From assembly GCA_000182565.2 (NCBI GenBank), contig KQ257456.1: a stretch of DNA of 64,000 bases; one strand, written 5' to 3'. Shown here in pieces: positions 23,258 through 37,321 of this stretch. The translations under genes were made by a program, and so were the position numbers. Each line of letters starts with the position of its first letter. Positions within the stretch are counted from its first letter, which is position 1. Origin of the DNA: Spizellomyces punctatus DAOM BR117. Lineage: Eukaryota. The notes beneath the pieces are model-generated. The model saw nothing but the letters and a program-made list of their open reading frames with translations, was not told the origin of the DNA and did no database searches.

Positions 23258-26200
23258 TTAAAAGGTGCAATACTTTTTCAGCAATTGCTCTGCCAGCCCC
23301 ATCGACCCGTTCCCCACATAAATCATGGACAAGTTGTAGGCTGCCTCCCCTTTCAAATCCTGTGCTGCATCCACGGTTTTACCTTTATCAGATCCTTGCA
23401 AAACTTTTTCATAGTACGGTATTGCCAGATGAGTTAAGCCTGTTAAAAAAGAATCAGATTACAACTCTGAATAGCGAGACACTGTGACGTGCACATACCA
23501 ATCTGATGGAAGGCTCTACCGACATTATATGAAGCCTCCACATTTTCATTCCGCAACTCATAATACCGCATGATAAAGGTGAAGCCCTGCATGATGTGCA
23601 TATGCCTGTTATCGCTTTTGCGCTGCATGCCCCGATGCAAATGGGCAAGGCCCAGGGAAAAGTTTATCAGAGGATCGTTCGGACAGAGGTGGTACGCTTT
23701 TAGGTAGAACGCTGCAGATAGGTCGACAACATTTCAAAATCAGCATGTGATGCTGGAGTTTCCCTGGTGGCAACTTACCAATTGCGCCCAAATAACTCCT
23801 GCCAGCCTGTAAAATATGGCCATACGTTGTCATCAACAGCGCATTCTTGTATTCCGGTTTATTGGGATGCGCTTTGCCAGCTTTGTTCATTGCTTTGAGT
23901 TGCCTCATAAAATATTTCACACTGCTATTCATGGCGTAGCATGATACTGCTTCGGATCCGCTGCGTTTAATATACTCAATGAGAAAATGTGCCTTGGAGG
24001 TTTTAGACGGCAAGGGAAACTTACCCTGCTTGCATAGCCGAGTACAATCGATAAACATCGTTTGAAAATGGGCGATATTGGCAGAACCACCGGCAAATAT
24101 CTGTTACCCGTGCAGCATTTCCAGCGTAAATGGCAACGGCTGAGGAGAGGAAAACGTGAGTAAGTTAAAACATTTCAGGTGGACGTGAAGCAGATTGCTA
24201 AAGCTAGTCAAGCTTACATATCATATGCAATCTTAACCGGACCTTCCGCAGCTCATCGTGATAAAATACGTTTGCATCAAATGCTGCTTTCAGGGTTGTC
24301 TGGGCATCGTCTTCCTTCCCATCCATAACCGCAACGTATGCGTACTGTGATTGCGAGAGTGTGTCAAGTTGCATGCAGCACAGAAAATCGTGGCATTAGG
24401 TGGATCACTTACCTTTACGAACACGTCATACCATTCATCAAAAGTGAGTCCCTGGAATGAGGAAATGTTTGGCGGGGGGCGGTCGATTCTCTGCTCCGTG
24501 TCCACCAGCAATTCTAGAGTACAAGTAAAGACCCACCAGATGAGAATCAGCCTCGAATAAACAACACCAGATACCACTCTAACCTGGTCGCAATCGCCGC
24601 GTCAAGTCATTAATTTCCTCATCCATGGTAGCAGTTCGCCGCTTTCGTCGGTTATTCAATCCAGTAAACACTTTGGCCTAATGCAATAGCAGCCGTCAAA
24701 GTTTGGACCGGTTCGATTCGCTTGCAGAGTACAAAAGTACAATAACACTCACCCTATCTGACTGAGAATGACAAGCGTTAGTTACCATCCTGCCCAAGAC
24801 ATGGTCCAACTGAACGTACTGGATAAAAGGCTCTGGTATTCTGAAACCGGGTCAAAAGCTTTCGCGTCGTCCGCAAAAGGTCGGCCTGTGTGTTCACTAA
24901 CGGTCAAGCGCAAGAAAAAAACTCCGAATAGCCAGCCACCCATACCCTCGCTATCCTGTCTTTGCATTTGGGATACAATTGGAGCAGCTTTTGGTAGTTG
25001 GCCCTGTTCTCCCGTTGTCGAGCAGCTTCGGCCGCCTCTGCTATTGCTCGATCCTGAATTGGTTTCCCCGTTGGGTCTTTTTCGCGAATAAAGGACGGAT
25101 GTGAGGCGGACTGCGTTTGTGATTGTTCACTCTCTTTCGCCCTTTCTTCTTCCTCCACTGCTCGAGACTGAGTGTCCACTGTGGAATTCAAGTGCCTTAG
25201 TGAGGAATGCACCATCGTTGATATAAGTGTAGGATAGTACCTTCGGATACTAATTCGAACGCACGATCTTCTTCGCCCAGCTCCTCATATACTCCAGCAA
25301 GTGCCAACTTTACGTCAAAATCATCAGGTGCTGCATCAAGGACTAGAAACATTGTTCAATAAGGAGACTCGTCGCGCATCTGCGCACTGCCGACTTCGTA
25401 CCAGCCGAGTAAAGCTCTGCTGCGAGCTCCAGGTTTCCCAGCTGCTGGTAACAAAAGGCCATTTTGCTCCATATGGCTGGTGTGTCAGTCTGCGTGAATG
25501 ATTCCCTTTAGTAAGACGTATCAAGAAGAGACAGCAGAGTTGGATAGGGAGCAGTTTCACCAACCTGGGGATTGTTCCTTAGGGCTTCAAACACAGCCAG
25601 AGCACTTGTGAACATCCGCTTTCCCATATACGCTTCGGCAACATCGAAGTATAATTCCGTATAATCGTTGATAGGACGTGCGTAAAGTGGTCGGAAATGT
25701 GCCTGGAGACGAACTTATTAGGAGATATGCTACACGTCAGCCGTGATGGATTTTCACCTTGGCCACTTCGGCATTATCCAGCCACAGCCGGCAAATACCG
25801 AGTTTGACCTGTAAGTCAATCGGAAGTTCCATCCCTTCAGGTAGAGTCCCCTGCAAAAACTCCCGGTCATCATCAAACTGATCCCAATGTGTCTCATGTG
25901 CACGACCCTGAAGTCGTCGTGTGCCTTGTATGATGGCATTCAAAGCTTTTTCATGCTCCCCAACTTCGATGTAAAGCTCCGCAAGCATGTTGAGTTCTTC
26001 ATATCTCATTCGGGTGCGAACAACAGCAGTCCGCGCGCCCATGCTTATCCCACCAATGACCTCCTCATTTGCATCGTCCCCCTCTTCGTCTGAATCATCC
26101 AATACTTGAAGAGGGTGTGCGATGTCTGCGTTCATGGCACCTTCAAAAAGAGCAATGGCCTTAACGGCATCGTTGAGGTCTAGGTAAATCTTGCAAAGTT

Positions 26201-27400
26201 GCTTAACCACGGGCATGTTGTGCGGGATAAGATCCAAAATGGCCTGCAAGTCATCTATTGCCTATTTGAAAGTGGTATAGTTTTCATTAGAATGATTACA
26301 GAAAAGAAAACCTCCATTAGCAGTTACCTTCTGCAGCATCCTCCGTTCATAGTAGAGAACCGATCGATCCCAAAGGGCATCCACATCCGTTGGGTCTGCA
26401 CTAATGGCTTTTGAGTAACAATATAGGGCTTGCTCATTATGACCAAACTTTCTACAGATCATTCGTCAACAAAAAAATTACAGACGTAACCGGATCTTGG
26501 CAGCCAGGGAGGTTCACCTTGACATGACTCCCAATCGCCTCCACAGATCGCCGTCTTTCGGTGAAATATGGGCGGCCATCATATAGGTACGCATAGCTTT
26601 CACCGCATCGCCCAGCTCATCATGGACCATAGCTAGCGTTACCCAAGCCTGATACGCATTTGGGGCGGCCTGAATGACTTCATGAAGAAGCTTAACTGCT
26701 CGTGTGTAGTCGCCCTGCGAATAGGCAATATTTGCATGGCCTACAATCTCGGCTTGAGCTTCACTCAGTTCGGTTCTTTTTTTTCGTTTGCCCTGAAAAG
26801 ACCAACTGTGGCATCAGTTGTTGGTTGCTTGTCAAGGAGGCCGGTAGAGATATCGCATACCCTTCGACGCTTCCGTCTTCGACGTCCAATCCCTTCCCAA
26901 TCACCATCTAGCTCTCCCACAGATTCCTGGATCTCGCGCATTGCCTCTTCATCCTCTTCCCAGAGAATTTGTGAATGATCTTTGATCCCAACCTCTGCCG
27001 TTGCTTGATCCATTTGACGTCTAATGGACACATAGAGGAGGTGAACTGTTAGCCGAATTCGCAATGCATCAGGCATTTGAAAGAGAATCTTTTACCCAAC
27101 ATCATCGGGGATATCGTCTGGTTCCTCCGGAAGTTCCGTGAGTTCGGCATCCCCACGTATCCCCGCTTCCTCGTCTTCTTCTTCTTCCTCGTCCTCTCCT
27201 TCCGCGTCTTCCAGCCCACCCTCGTCATGCCCAGTCCAAACTCCTCCAAAACCGTGTTGTGCTTGCCATGTAGCCGTGTGTTCAAAGGGTTGGGTTTGAG
27301 CTGGAGGAATGGCCGAATGATGCGATCCGGGAATAAGGTTAGCTACCGCATGGGGGTCAGCGTTCAGTATTTCCAGAAACGAGGTATCGCCCTCCTCCAT
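23258..27400 (-). CDS. TFC4: RNA polymerase III transcription factor TFIIIC TPR subunit (Tfc4/tau131/GTF3C3), multi-exon
   Basis: Acidic N-terminus, then TPRs (LGQANIAYS, AWVTLAMVHDELG, ALYCYSKAISADP), LPIDLQVKLGICRL, MQRKSDNRHMHIMQGFTF, EASYNVGRAFHQIG, EAAYNLSMIY. Ends KKYCTF*. Confidence 0.9.
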
Positions 27401-27899
27401 TTTACGGAAACGGCACTGAAGTCTGTGCCGGCCACGACGAATGGATCACGGTCCAGATCACCCTCCAAGCACCAGATCCTACAGCGACAGCCTCAGCTCG
27501 CGGCTGGAATCATAAATGCAATATATCCGATTATATAGAGCGATTGGAATCAACTTCATCGTTCTCAAAAGCAATACGAACTGAATGGCATGAACGGAAA
27601 GGCAGAGAATGTTACTACAGATGCTGTAGCATCAGGCATTCTTTGTATCTCATTATGCCGGCCGTTGAGTGGTCTATAATGTTTCAGCGCCTACTGCAGC
27701 CTCGCTACAGCATCGTACTTTTCAAACTGAATTCATCCCTCGCCCTCCATGGCCATAGCCTCACGGTTTTCTTTGCGCACTATTGCTGTCCTCTTCTGCT
27801 TTTCCTTCACTGATGACTACTCTAAAAATGACGCTTGCCGTCGGCCGTCGCACGTCCTTTGGAAAGTCCGAGATTACGAAAGCCAGGTGGATTTAAGGC

Positions 27900-27925
27900 C
27901 ACGTGACTCACATGGTCATGGCAAC
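27900..27925. promoter_or_regulatory. Composite element upstream of NDUFB3: E-box CACGTG overlapping TGACTCA (AP-1/Gcn4 type), next to an X-box-like site
   Basis: CACGTGACTCA at 27900-27910 and ATGGTCATGGCAAC at 27912-27925. Confidence 0.45.
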
Positions 27926-28063
27926 GAGGCCGACCTCACCGCGCGGCTTGGAACGTCTTGGGTGCTTGCCACTTGTCGAGGTCATCATCGCCAACGGTAG
28001 CGTAAACGAGTAAGGTTCGGTTCATCCATTCCTACACCGACACCAAAGTACATAAAGCCCAGC

Positions 28064-28402
28064 ATGTCTGGACCCGTTCGTCCTGACCCAGAGTTCGCCT
28101 GGTTCCCTTTCCGCCAGTGGCAAGTCAACCCACCTTTCCTCGAAGGTCGCCTCAACGTCAAGGACCCATGGGCAAAGCGTGATGCCTGGCGCTATAACGC
28201 CTTTTTCTCGAAATCCAACCGTATTCGAAACATGTTCCCGGGTCTTGGCATCGGAACTGCCGCATTCGCCGTCTACCTTGCATACGATAAGTGGTATCAA
28301 ACCCAGGGACCGGGAAAGGAGGAGAACGAGAAATGGGCAAAGTGGACAGAGGAGCGAGAAAAGAGATTGGCGGCTAGTGGGCATGGCCATGGGCATCATT
28401 AG
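28064..28402 (+). CDS. NDUFB3: NADH:ubiquinone oxidoreductase B12 subunit (NB2M), single exon
   Basis: KDPWAKRDAWRY...RNMFPGLGIGTAAFAVYLAYD motif, His-rich C-terminus. Confidence 0.9.
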   Translation: MSGPVRPDPEFAWFPFRQWQVNPPFLEGRLNVKDPWAKRDAWRYNAFFSKSNRIRNMFPGLGIGTAAFAVYLAYDKWYQTQGPGKEENEKWAKWTEEREKRLAASGHGHGHH

Positions 28403-28667
28403 ATAGACATGTTTGTTGGTAGGGGAACGGGAAGGGCGCCGGGTAGAAAGTTGGAAGATGTTGGATGATACCTAATCTGCCAGGTACATGTACAGGGCCT
28501 GTGATGGTGTTCTACAGACTATGGTGTCAACGCTTGCAATACGAGAATAACAGCACTATTCAGTACCTCTTGTACTTTTCACCTCTCGATGTTATAATGC
28601 AAAAAGGCTGGGAAACTTAGATGGACGGGTGTAGATGTGACTATTACGACGTGAGTCTTTACCCCTC

Positions 28668-30902
28668 TCATTCATCCGCCCGATTCGTTGCATTCTCCTC
28701 TCCTTTATATACAAAAGCCCGGGATAAATTTCTCACCAGCGCTTCCCGCACGACCTCCAGTTGCGCTTCAGCAGATATTATCCTGTCTTTCCCTATTCCG
28801 AGCTTCGCTCGGTTTGCTGCCTCCCACGCACCAAGGTAATCGTCTCGTCTATCACTAGTGAGTATTTCCTCCAAAGTCCGCATCAGCTCGTAAATGTCAT
28901 CTACGCCAAAGACTGTAATCTGCTGCATGTCGAGCAACGGCAGACTGTCGAGTAACGCAGTCCAGAGTAATCGCTTTGGAAAGAATCGTTCATCATTTCT
29001 GAAGGAGCTAGTCAGCATTTCCACAAGCAGGTTTCCAGCTTCCCGAAACTTTTGTGCCTTGTACAGCTCGTGAAACTCTCGATATCGTGCCAAGAATGCC
29101 AATCGTCCATTAAACTCCAATGCCGGCTGTCCGACTTTTCCAGCAATATCCAGCCACTCCATATTTGCGGTGCTCAGGTACCCATCTATAATCTCTTCTA
29201 CAAGGCCAGAAACCTTTTGTGCATCCCTAGCTTCCACATAATGCTCGATGGCTTCTCCTATTCGCCCCGCACGATATTCTATGCGTGCCAATCTTCGATG
29301 GAGTTCATTCTTCACGTCATCCAAGCCGTGCCTTCGACAAAACTCTAGCAATTTCGGTGCTTCCCCAACAGTATCCAGTGACATGCGCACGATGACATCC
29401 TCCAGCACCGACCTTCCAAACTTGGGACAGACAGCAATGTACTCTAAAGCCGTCCGCCGGAGGGAGAGATTCGGAATCAACGAGTTTGCATAATTGAGCA
29501 GGTACCACTCCCGTTGGGAACACCGGTCCCGCTTATTTGGTACAACGGGCATCGATGGACCCAGTAATTCGTCATCTAACGTTCCAGAGTTATGCAAAAG
29601 GTCCGTCATATGAGCTACCAGCCACCACCAGTCCAGCATACTGCAGAAACGAATTACTCGTTGGAACTCGTGTGCAATAATCCCTAGCTCGATTTGCACC
29701 TGAACGTCGTTGTAATCGACACCTCGCTCGACGAGTTTGCCCAAAAGTTCGGCGACGTCATGCCCTTTCAATGTTGGGCGTGCGAATAAGATTATCCCGA
29801 CAAGTGCCTCCCGCCAGTCTTCTGCCAATTTGTGAATGACTGCTTCGTTTCCACGTAGGATGCCGAAAACATACGCAAACTGCTCTGCGTCCTTCGTACC
29901 CGCACGTAACTTTGGGACGTCCCATCGTTGAATATCTTTACGCCATTCTGCAAACTTTTGCTCAAAGTCTAGCTGTGACGGATACTGATGTGGTCGCGGC
30001 ATCTGTGAGAGCACGCGCTCCACTGCTGTGACCAAAGTTGGGTTCTCGCTGAGCCCACCTGCAAGGCGAGCGCTTGATGGAGTCTGAAAATCTGGATGCC
30101 GGTGCAAAATGGATATAGCGGCCTGGAAGTGCCCTCGAAGGAGGCATTGATAAACGTACTTCCAGTATTTCTCATGTTCACGTGGTCTCAACGACTTGCG
30201 GAAATTGTCAAATTCGTCCTGCGGAGGCGCGTCGTAATTGTCTGCTAGCCATTGACGTAGACCTTCTTGGAGATGCCCCCATTGGGGACGAGCGGCATTA
30301 GTTGTAAACGCATCTCGGAGATGTATAGCCTCCAAAAGCTGCAGGGCACTATGCGCTGTTCTAAAAAGCTGCAACTCTCCAATCTCAAGCGGCGGCGAAA
30401 CATTGGCATACTGCCGGATCTCTCTACGATATGCTTCACTTGCTCGACAAGTTGCGAGTTTGCGCTCCTGATCCCCTGAGCCATACGCGTCATCTGCCAT
30501 ATCCATCGAATCCTCGCCAGCCGCAAAGCCCAGTCTCGTTGACCTTCGTCCAGTACGTCCTCTCCGTACGTCCCGTGTCGATCGTATAGATGCTTGCAGT
30601 ACTGTGAAAATATGCTCTGTGGCTGTCACAAAAGGGACTCGCCTATCGTTTATGTCCTTCCCAAACTTTGCAATCTTGATAATTTGATCTTGCGGAAACT
30701 TTCCACGTTCGCGGGCTATTGGCTCTTCCGCAGGGGAGCGGGCTGCTGCATAGCAGAGGATATCGTTGCTCAATGGGCGCATAGCACCTACTATGGCTCG
30801 ATCCCTGGCTGCAAGCTGTGGACCTCCGCCTTTCTCGCATAATCCCAAATAGATCGGTTCAGACAGCTGCTGCGAGGGCAGACTGTCATCTTGTGTGAGC
30901 AT
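28668..30902 (-). CDS. NUP85: Nucleoporin Nup85 (Y-complex), long single exon; start could alternatively be 31004
   Basis: YWKYVYQCLLRGHFQAAISIL, ILRGNE, DWREALVGIILFARP, WWLVAHMTDLL, REWYLLNYA, LAFLARYREFHELY, PKRLLWTALLDSLPLL, terminal VREALVRNLSRA. Confidence 0.88.
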   Translation of the reverse strand: MLTQDDSLPSQQLSEPIYLGLCEKGGGPQLAARDRAIVGAMRPLSNDILCYAAARSPAEEPIARERGKFPQDQIIKIAKFGKDINDRRVPFVTATEHIFTVLQASIRSTRDVRRGRTGRRSTRLGFAAGEDSMDMADDAYGSGDQERKLATCRASEAYRREIRQYANVSPPLEIGELQLFRTAHSALQLLEAIHLRDAFTTNAARPQWGHLQEGLRQWLADNYDAPPQDEFDNFRKSLRPREHEKYWKYVYQCLLRGHFQAAISILHRHPDFQTPSSARLAGGLSENPTLVTAVERVLSQMPRPHQYPSQLDFEQKFAEWRKDIQRWDVPKLRAGTKDAEQFAYVFGILRGNEAVIHKLAEDWREALVGIILFARPTLKGHDVAELLGKLVERGVDYNDVQVQIELGIIAHEFQRVIRFCSMLDWWWLVAHMTDLLHNSGTLDDELLGPSMPVVPNKRDRCSQREWYLLNYANSLIPNLSLRRTALEYIAVCPKFGRSVLEDVIVRMSLDTVGEAPKLLEFCRRHGLDDVKNELHRRLARIEYRAGRIGEAIEHYVEARDAQKVSGLVEEIIDGYLSTANMEWLDIAGKVGQPALEFNGRLAFLARYREFHELYKAQKFREAGNLLVEMLTSSFRNDERFFPKRLLWTALLDSLPLLDMQQITVFGVDDIYELMRTLEEILTSDRRDDYLGAWEAANRAKLGIGKDRIISAEAQLEVVREALVRNLSRAFVYKGEENATNRADE

Positions 30903-30940
30903 ATCGCTGGACAACAGGACGATTACACGAATGGTAAGAT

Positions 30941-30993
30941 GCGCGAAAGGCAGGCGAGAGGCTCTTGATGACCTCTCATGTTGCCATGTCAAC
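30941..30993 (-). promoter_or_regulatory. E2F/SBF-type site (TTTCGCGC) plus X-box-like palindrome upstream of the NUP85 ATG at 30902
   Basis: GCGCGAAA at 30941-30948 and GTTGCCATGTCAAC at 30980-30993. Confidence 0.45.
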
Positions 30994-31815
30994 AAGGCGA
31001 ACATCGTCTTGCAAAGGAAGCATTCTTTTGAGTTAACAAAGGTCGCATGGAGAGTTGAGACATATTTTGGAGTTGTCTTGAAATACCGCTCGTGCCGTAT
31101 TCAAACCTACCGGGCACGGGCAATGAGCGCATGTGGCTGTCATACTGGGTGTCCTACTCTACAAGTACGCTAACGAGCCGCCGGCGGGACTTATGTCCTT
31201 GGTGATTCGTGACTGCGGTTTGACTGCGGTTCTACTTGGAACACACATTGCAAGCTTCTGATGTGCAGAGGAAACATTCTCTCTGGTCTTTGGCAATGTT
31301 GGAAGTTCGGTATTTGTACCTGTTTCTGTTATATCATAATCATACGGGGCTCTATCGGCTGTGATTTTCACCAAGATATGAGTTCCAAAAAAAAAGGTCT
31401 GGCAGTGGAGATATGTGTATGACGATGTCAAATGGCCTCACTGTGGGATAACGTTCATCGAGATATGCCAAAAGTTTGCCACTACATGTGTATTTTCAGG
31501 TGCTATTGGTAGAAAGAGTCATCGAATGATGGTATATCAGTGAGCAATCTGCACAGCTTATTTCCTTACGCTCCCCTTTCATGTTTGCCGTCAGCGTAGG
31601 TAGGAACAGATGCGCTGCAAGAGACGGTTGTGGTGCTAACAAACATGCATTTTGCTATATTACATCTACTGCAACTTGGCTTCAGTCTATCTGAAAAGTG
31701 GTTATAAAAGCGTGCAAAATAAATGGAAGTCTCCCACTTTCTGTGATCCCCATCTTGTTCTACCTCCCCCCAAGGCATTCTGTATCATACTGCCTCTATG
31801 GGCGTTTTCTCCTAC

Positions 31816-34328
31816 TTAAATTCGCTTGGCCCTTCTCTCCTCATGTGGACCAAAATCGTGTGCTTCGTGCTGTAACCGCTCGAAGGCTGCTCTCATCCGC
31901 TTGATTAGTTCGGTGCGGTCAAAACTTCCTTTTGACCCCGATTTAGAGTCAGGTAGCAGCTCACCCAAAAGTTTCGTATCGTACAGCTCCTTCGCTGTGG
32001 CACGTACGGACAGTCCTGCTTGCGTTTCCAGGGTTCGGTCATCCGTCGACCTTGTGTTGCGAGTGATGTCCTCTTGTGCCGGAAGGAACTTTACGTTAAC
32101 CGACTTAGCTCTGGATGACGATAGCGGTTTATCCCCTGAGCTTCCTGATCCTGTAATATAAGGCCGACATGGGATACTTGGCTGATCCTCCCGAATTCCA
32201 GTCTCATATCCCTGCTGCACTGCCAGCGTCTGAAAGAACCGATCGTTGATAGATTCCACATTCATTTTGATTGTTTGTTTGTTTTGGAGTCGACGCGATC
32301 GACGTGTTTCCTCTGCTCGCATAGCGATCTTGAGGGGAGACCGGCTTCCATTACTCTTGTAGATGTCCGTAGCCGATTTAGTCTTCCGACCATCTTTCAT
32401 ATTATCTGTAGATGATCCATCCGATAATTGTGGCATGGACCGAGATTTTTCTCGCATTTTCTGTCGCCAGTTGAGAAGCTTTTCAGCTTGCTGTTGCTGC
32501 TTTTTCTTTTTATTTTCCAGATGCTCTCTTCTTCGTTTAGTCGAGAGCGTTTCGGAAAATATATTTGTCGCTTCCTTTTTCAAAAGAAGGTAGTGCGCCA
32601 ATCTTTTGATATCTGTCGGGGGAAAAATGCGTTCGTATTGACCGAGATTGGCATCCTCGAAAGCCTCTAAAACCGCCATCGATTGTGGCGAGAACTCGGC
32701 ATGATATGTCGCCAATACTTGTGCCGCTTCTTCCGAAAGCTCTTCATTAGTCGATGTTTCCGGTGTTGTCGGTGTTGAGCTTGATGTGGACGATGTCGAT
32801 TTGCTAGAGACAGCAGGCTCGTTTTGAGATGCAGGGGCAGGGATGTGCTGATTCTCAGCTGGGGAAGCAGGTTTACGTGATCGCAGCTCGGTGGAGCGGG
32901 TAACGCTGGCATCGCTATTGCCCTCAGAGCGTTTTGCACTTGGAGTCACCAAAGAACCAAGAAGCCTATTCATCGACCTGGCTTTCTGATCATCGAAAAA
33001 CTGCTTGGAGCCAGCAGGATTTAGGTTGAGAAGTCGCAAAGCATCGGATATGACCCCAGTTTTAATTTCGGTATCCAATGGACTGTCGCAGGTGAAGCTT
33101 GGTGAGTGGTTCACTTCAAGGACCCATGGTTTTAGCTTGTGGTCCACGAAAATATCAAAGCCCAGAATTTCAAAACATTGACTATTATGAATGCTCTCCA
33201 ATTGCGGTGGATGTGCGTGCTCTTCGCCAGGACTAGTGCTTCTCTCCCTTTCGGTACGTTTCTTAGGAAAACAAGCATGCAGATTTCGTTTTAATTGTGG
33301 TTGTACTGTCAATAGTGTTTTGACTACCACTTCTCCAATTCGCTGCCACAGTGCTTCTACCTGCGCGGATCCGCGCAGGGCCGTCAACCAGCGCATAACA
33401 GATCTAATCGACCGCTTGCTTCCTTTTCCATCCTCGGTTGCATGGTCAAAGTTCTCCGAATGCTTGTTGATCGCGTAATTCGTCAAATGCATGCAGACGT
33501 TGTCCAAGTTACCGTCCTTTGGCTCCCGGTAGGGTTCCGTAGCAAACCGCGCAAGTCCATCTCGGTACATGAATACCCGTAGAGGGTCGGCAGATGCCAC
33601 AAGAACGTAGACGCGCAAGTCAAACTTGTATCCATCGATGAGGAATGGGCGGTTGAGGTATGTTTGTACAATCAAACTAGTGGTACCTTTGAGGGTTTTC
33701 AAGATTGGGGTGACATCATCGGGTGATTTGAACAAGAATATGCCTTTCCCTTGACAACCATGGTCTGGCTTTCCAATATAGCACTGTCGTCGTCGTGAAG
33801 ATCGATGTGCGATTTGAAAATCGGCCCACTCAGAAGGAAGAATCCAAGTTTTGGGAAAGAAATTGGCGTCTTTTGGGAAAAGCCGAGAGAGGCGGCCAAG
33901 ATTGCGGGCTAGTCGATCTTTCCGACATATCTCATGCATTCCAGGAAAATGATTGATTTTTTGATACGGCTTCCTATTATGTTATAATGGATTCTCAGAG
34001 GCATCTTTCAAGTCACGTAGCAATGGCCTCCCACTTACATTCCCAAAACCCGCTCCACAGATACCCCAGTGTCAATCCAAAAAAGCATCCAAGGCTCCAA
34101 ATCATCGACGACACGATAGCCCAATCGCTGACAGCAGTCACGGACGACATCGTATTTGCAATTAACTGTATTGACTGTGATAGATAAAACTTTCTTCTTT
34201 GATTTGCGTTTTATTGTCGGTGTTGGCCTGGAAGCGTCGTTCCTGGTTGGAGTACTGCTGGTGGAAAGAGGCGATACTTGCGGTACAACAGGCGCCGAGT
34301 CTAATGAATGCGGGAAGATGGAGAGCAT
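31816..34328 (-). CDS. TTLL6: Tubulin polyglutamylase, TTLL6/TTLL13-like (2 exons)
   Basis: NCKYDVVR, WIDTGVSVERV, YQKINHFPGMHEICRKDRLARNL, KPDHGCQGKGI, KFDLRVYVLV, HLTNYAINKHS, CFEILGFDI, LEVNHSPSF. Confidence 0.92.
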
Positions 34329-34660
34329 GATGGACCGGTAGATGTACTCGTGTGGGTGTAAGCGTATGCGTTTGAATACGGCTTCAATGCTGACTCATTC
34401 CTAGAGGCAAACGGGGGATAAAGGTTACCTCTAACCGAACATGGGTAATATGATGTGGCTATTCACATATAATAATACAATTCATAAAGAGGTGAATAAT
34501 ATATGGTATGCCCTAGATAACCGATATCGTCGTCTGATCGTTCTCAGGATCTCAAAATTCGAAGGTCGGAGTGTTTGCTTACGAGAGCAATTACATGATG
34601 ATCGAAACAACGGGATGTCATCGGCGCTGAGGTGCAAACAGCGATTGCTCGTCCTTTGGA

Positions 34661-36637
<1,977 letters not shown>

Positions 36638-36869
36638 AAACTGTTCAGGACAGAAGTTCAATTAGGTCCATCATACTAGTATCAGGTGAAGAGTACTGTA
36701 GCGGTTAGCGAGTACTTTTGATGATAAAAATGGCCTTTTACTATCAGCTCTTCGGTGCAACAACCTGCATTGCATGAAACTGGGAATCTGGGCCAAAAAA
36801 CATCAAATGCACAATGCTGACTAGTGTGAACATGGACAAGGAACCCAAGTGTTTTCTACCCTAAACCAG

Positions 36870-37321
36870 TCATTGGTCCTTTCCCGCAATAGGAACTTCA
36901 CCTCCGGTATCTAGAAATGCAAATATAAGTCACCGGATGAGCAACATGCATCAGCGCGAGATGAGAGCCACGTACCTTCAAAGAGCGCACCATAATGACC
37001 ACCGTCTGTCGACCTCAGCTCGCACATGGTGAAAGCCTCAACGATGGGTTCCGGCTCATCGAGCGGAACGGAACCATCCTCGAACCAATCGCCAGCATGG
37101 CCTTCTACGCTTTCTGTGTAAGCATAGGGTGCACTGGGCATAGGCTCATTCCTAGGGGTCTGATCTGCCTGTTGCTGCCCGGCGCTCATCCCCTTGTCCG
37201 CTTTAGATGCCCCCGGCCCAGCAGTCGCCCACGAAGTCCAAGATGGCGTCTGCTGCGGCGTACTACGCAGGCTGCGAGTGGTGCTGGCCGTCAAAACAGG
37301 TCTCAACAAAGACCTAAACAT
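36870..37321 (-). CDS. Small uncharacterised protein with mitochondrial-presequence-like N-terminus (2 exons; predicted intron 36911-36975)
   Basis: MFRSLLRPVLTASTTRSLRST is Arg/Ser/Thr-rich with no acidic residues. A GTACGT...TAG intron gives the C-terminus GALFEDTGGEVPIAGKDQ*. Confidence 0.65.

Noticed and set aside
31159..31778. Short ORFs (90 and 70 aa) and an 11-nt tandem repeat (TGACTGCGGTT x2) between NUP85 and TTLL6
   Set aside because: No recognisable motifs or splice logic; most likely UTR or promoter sequence.
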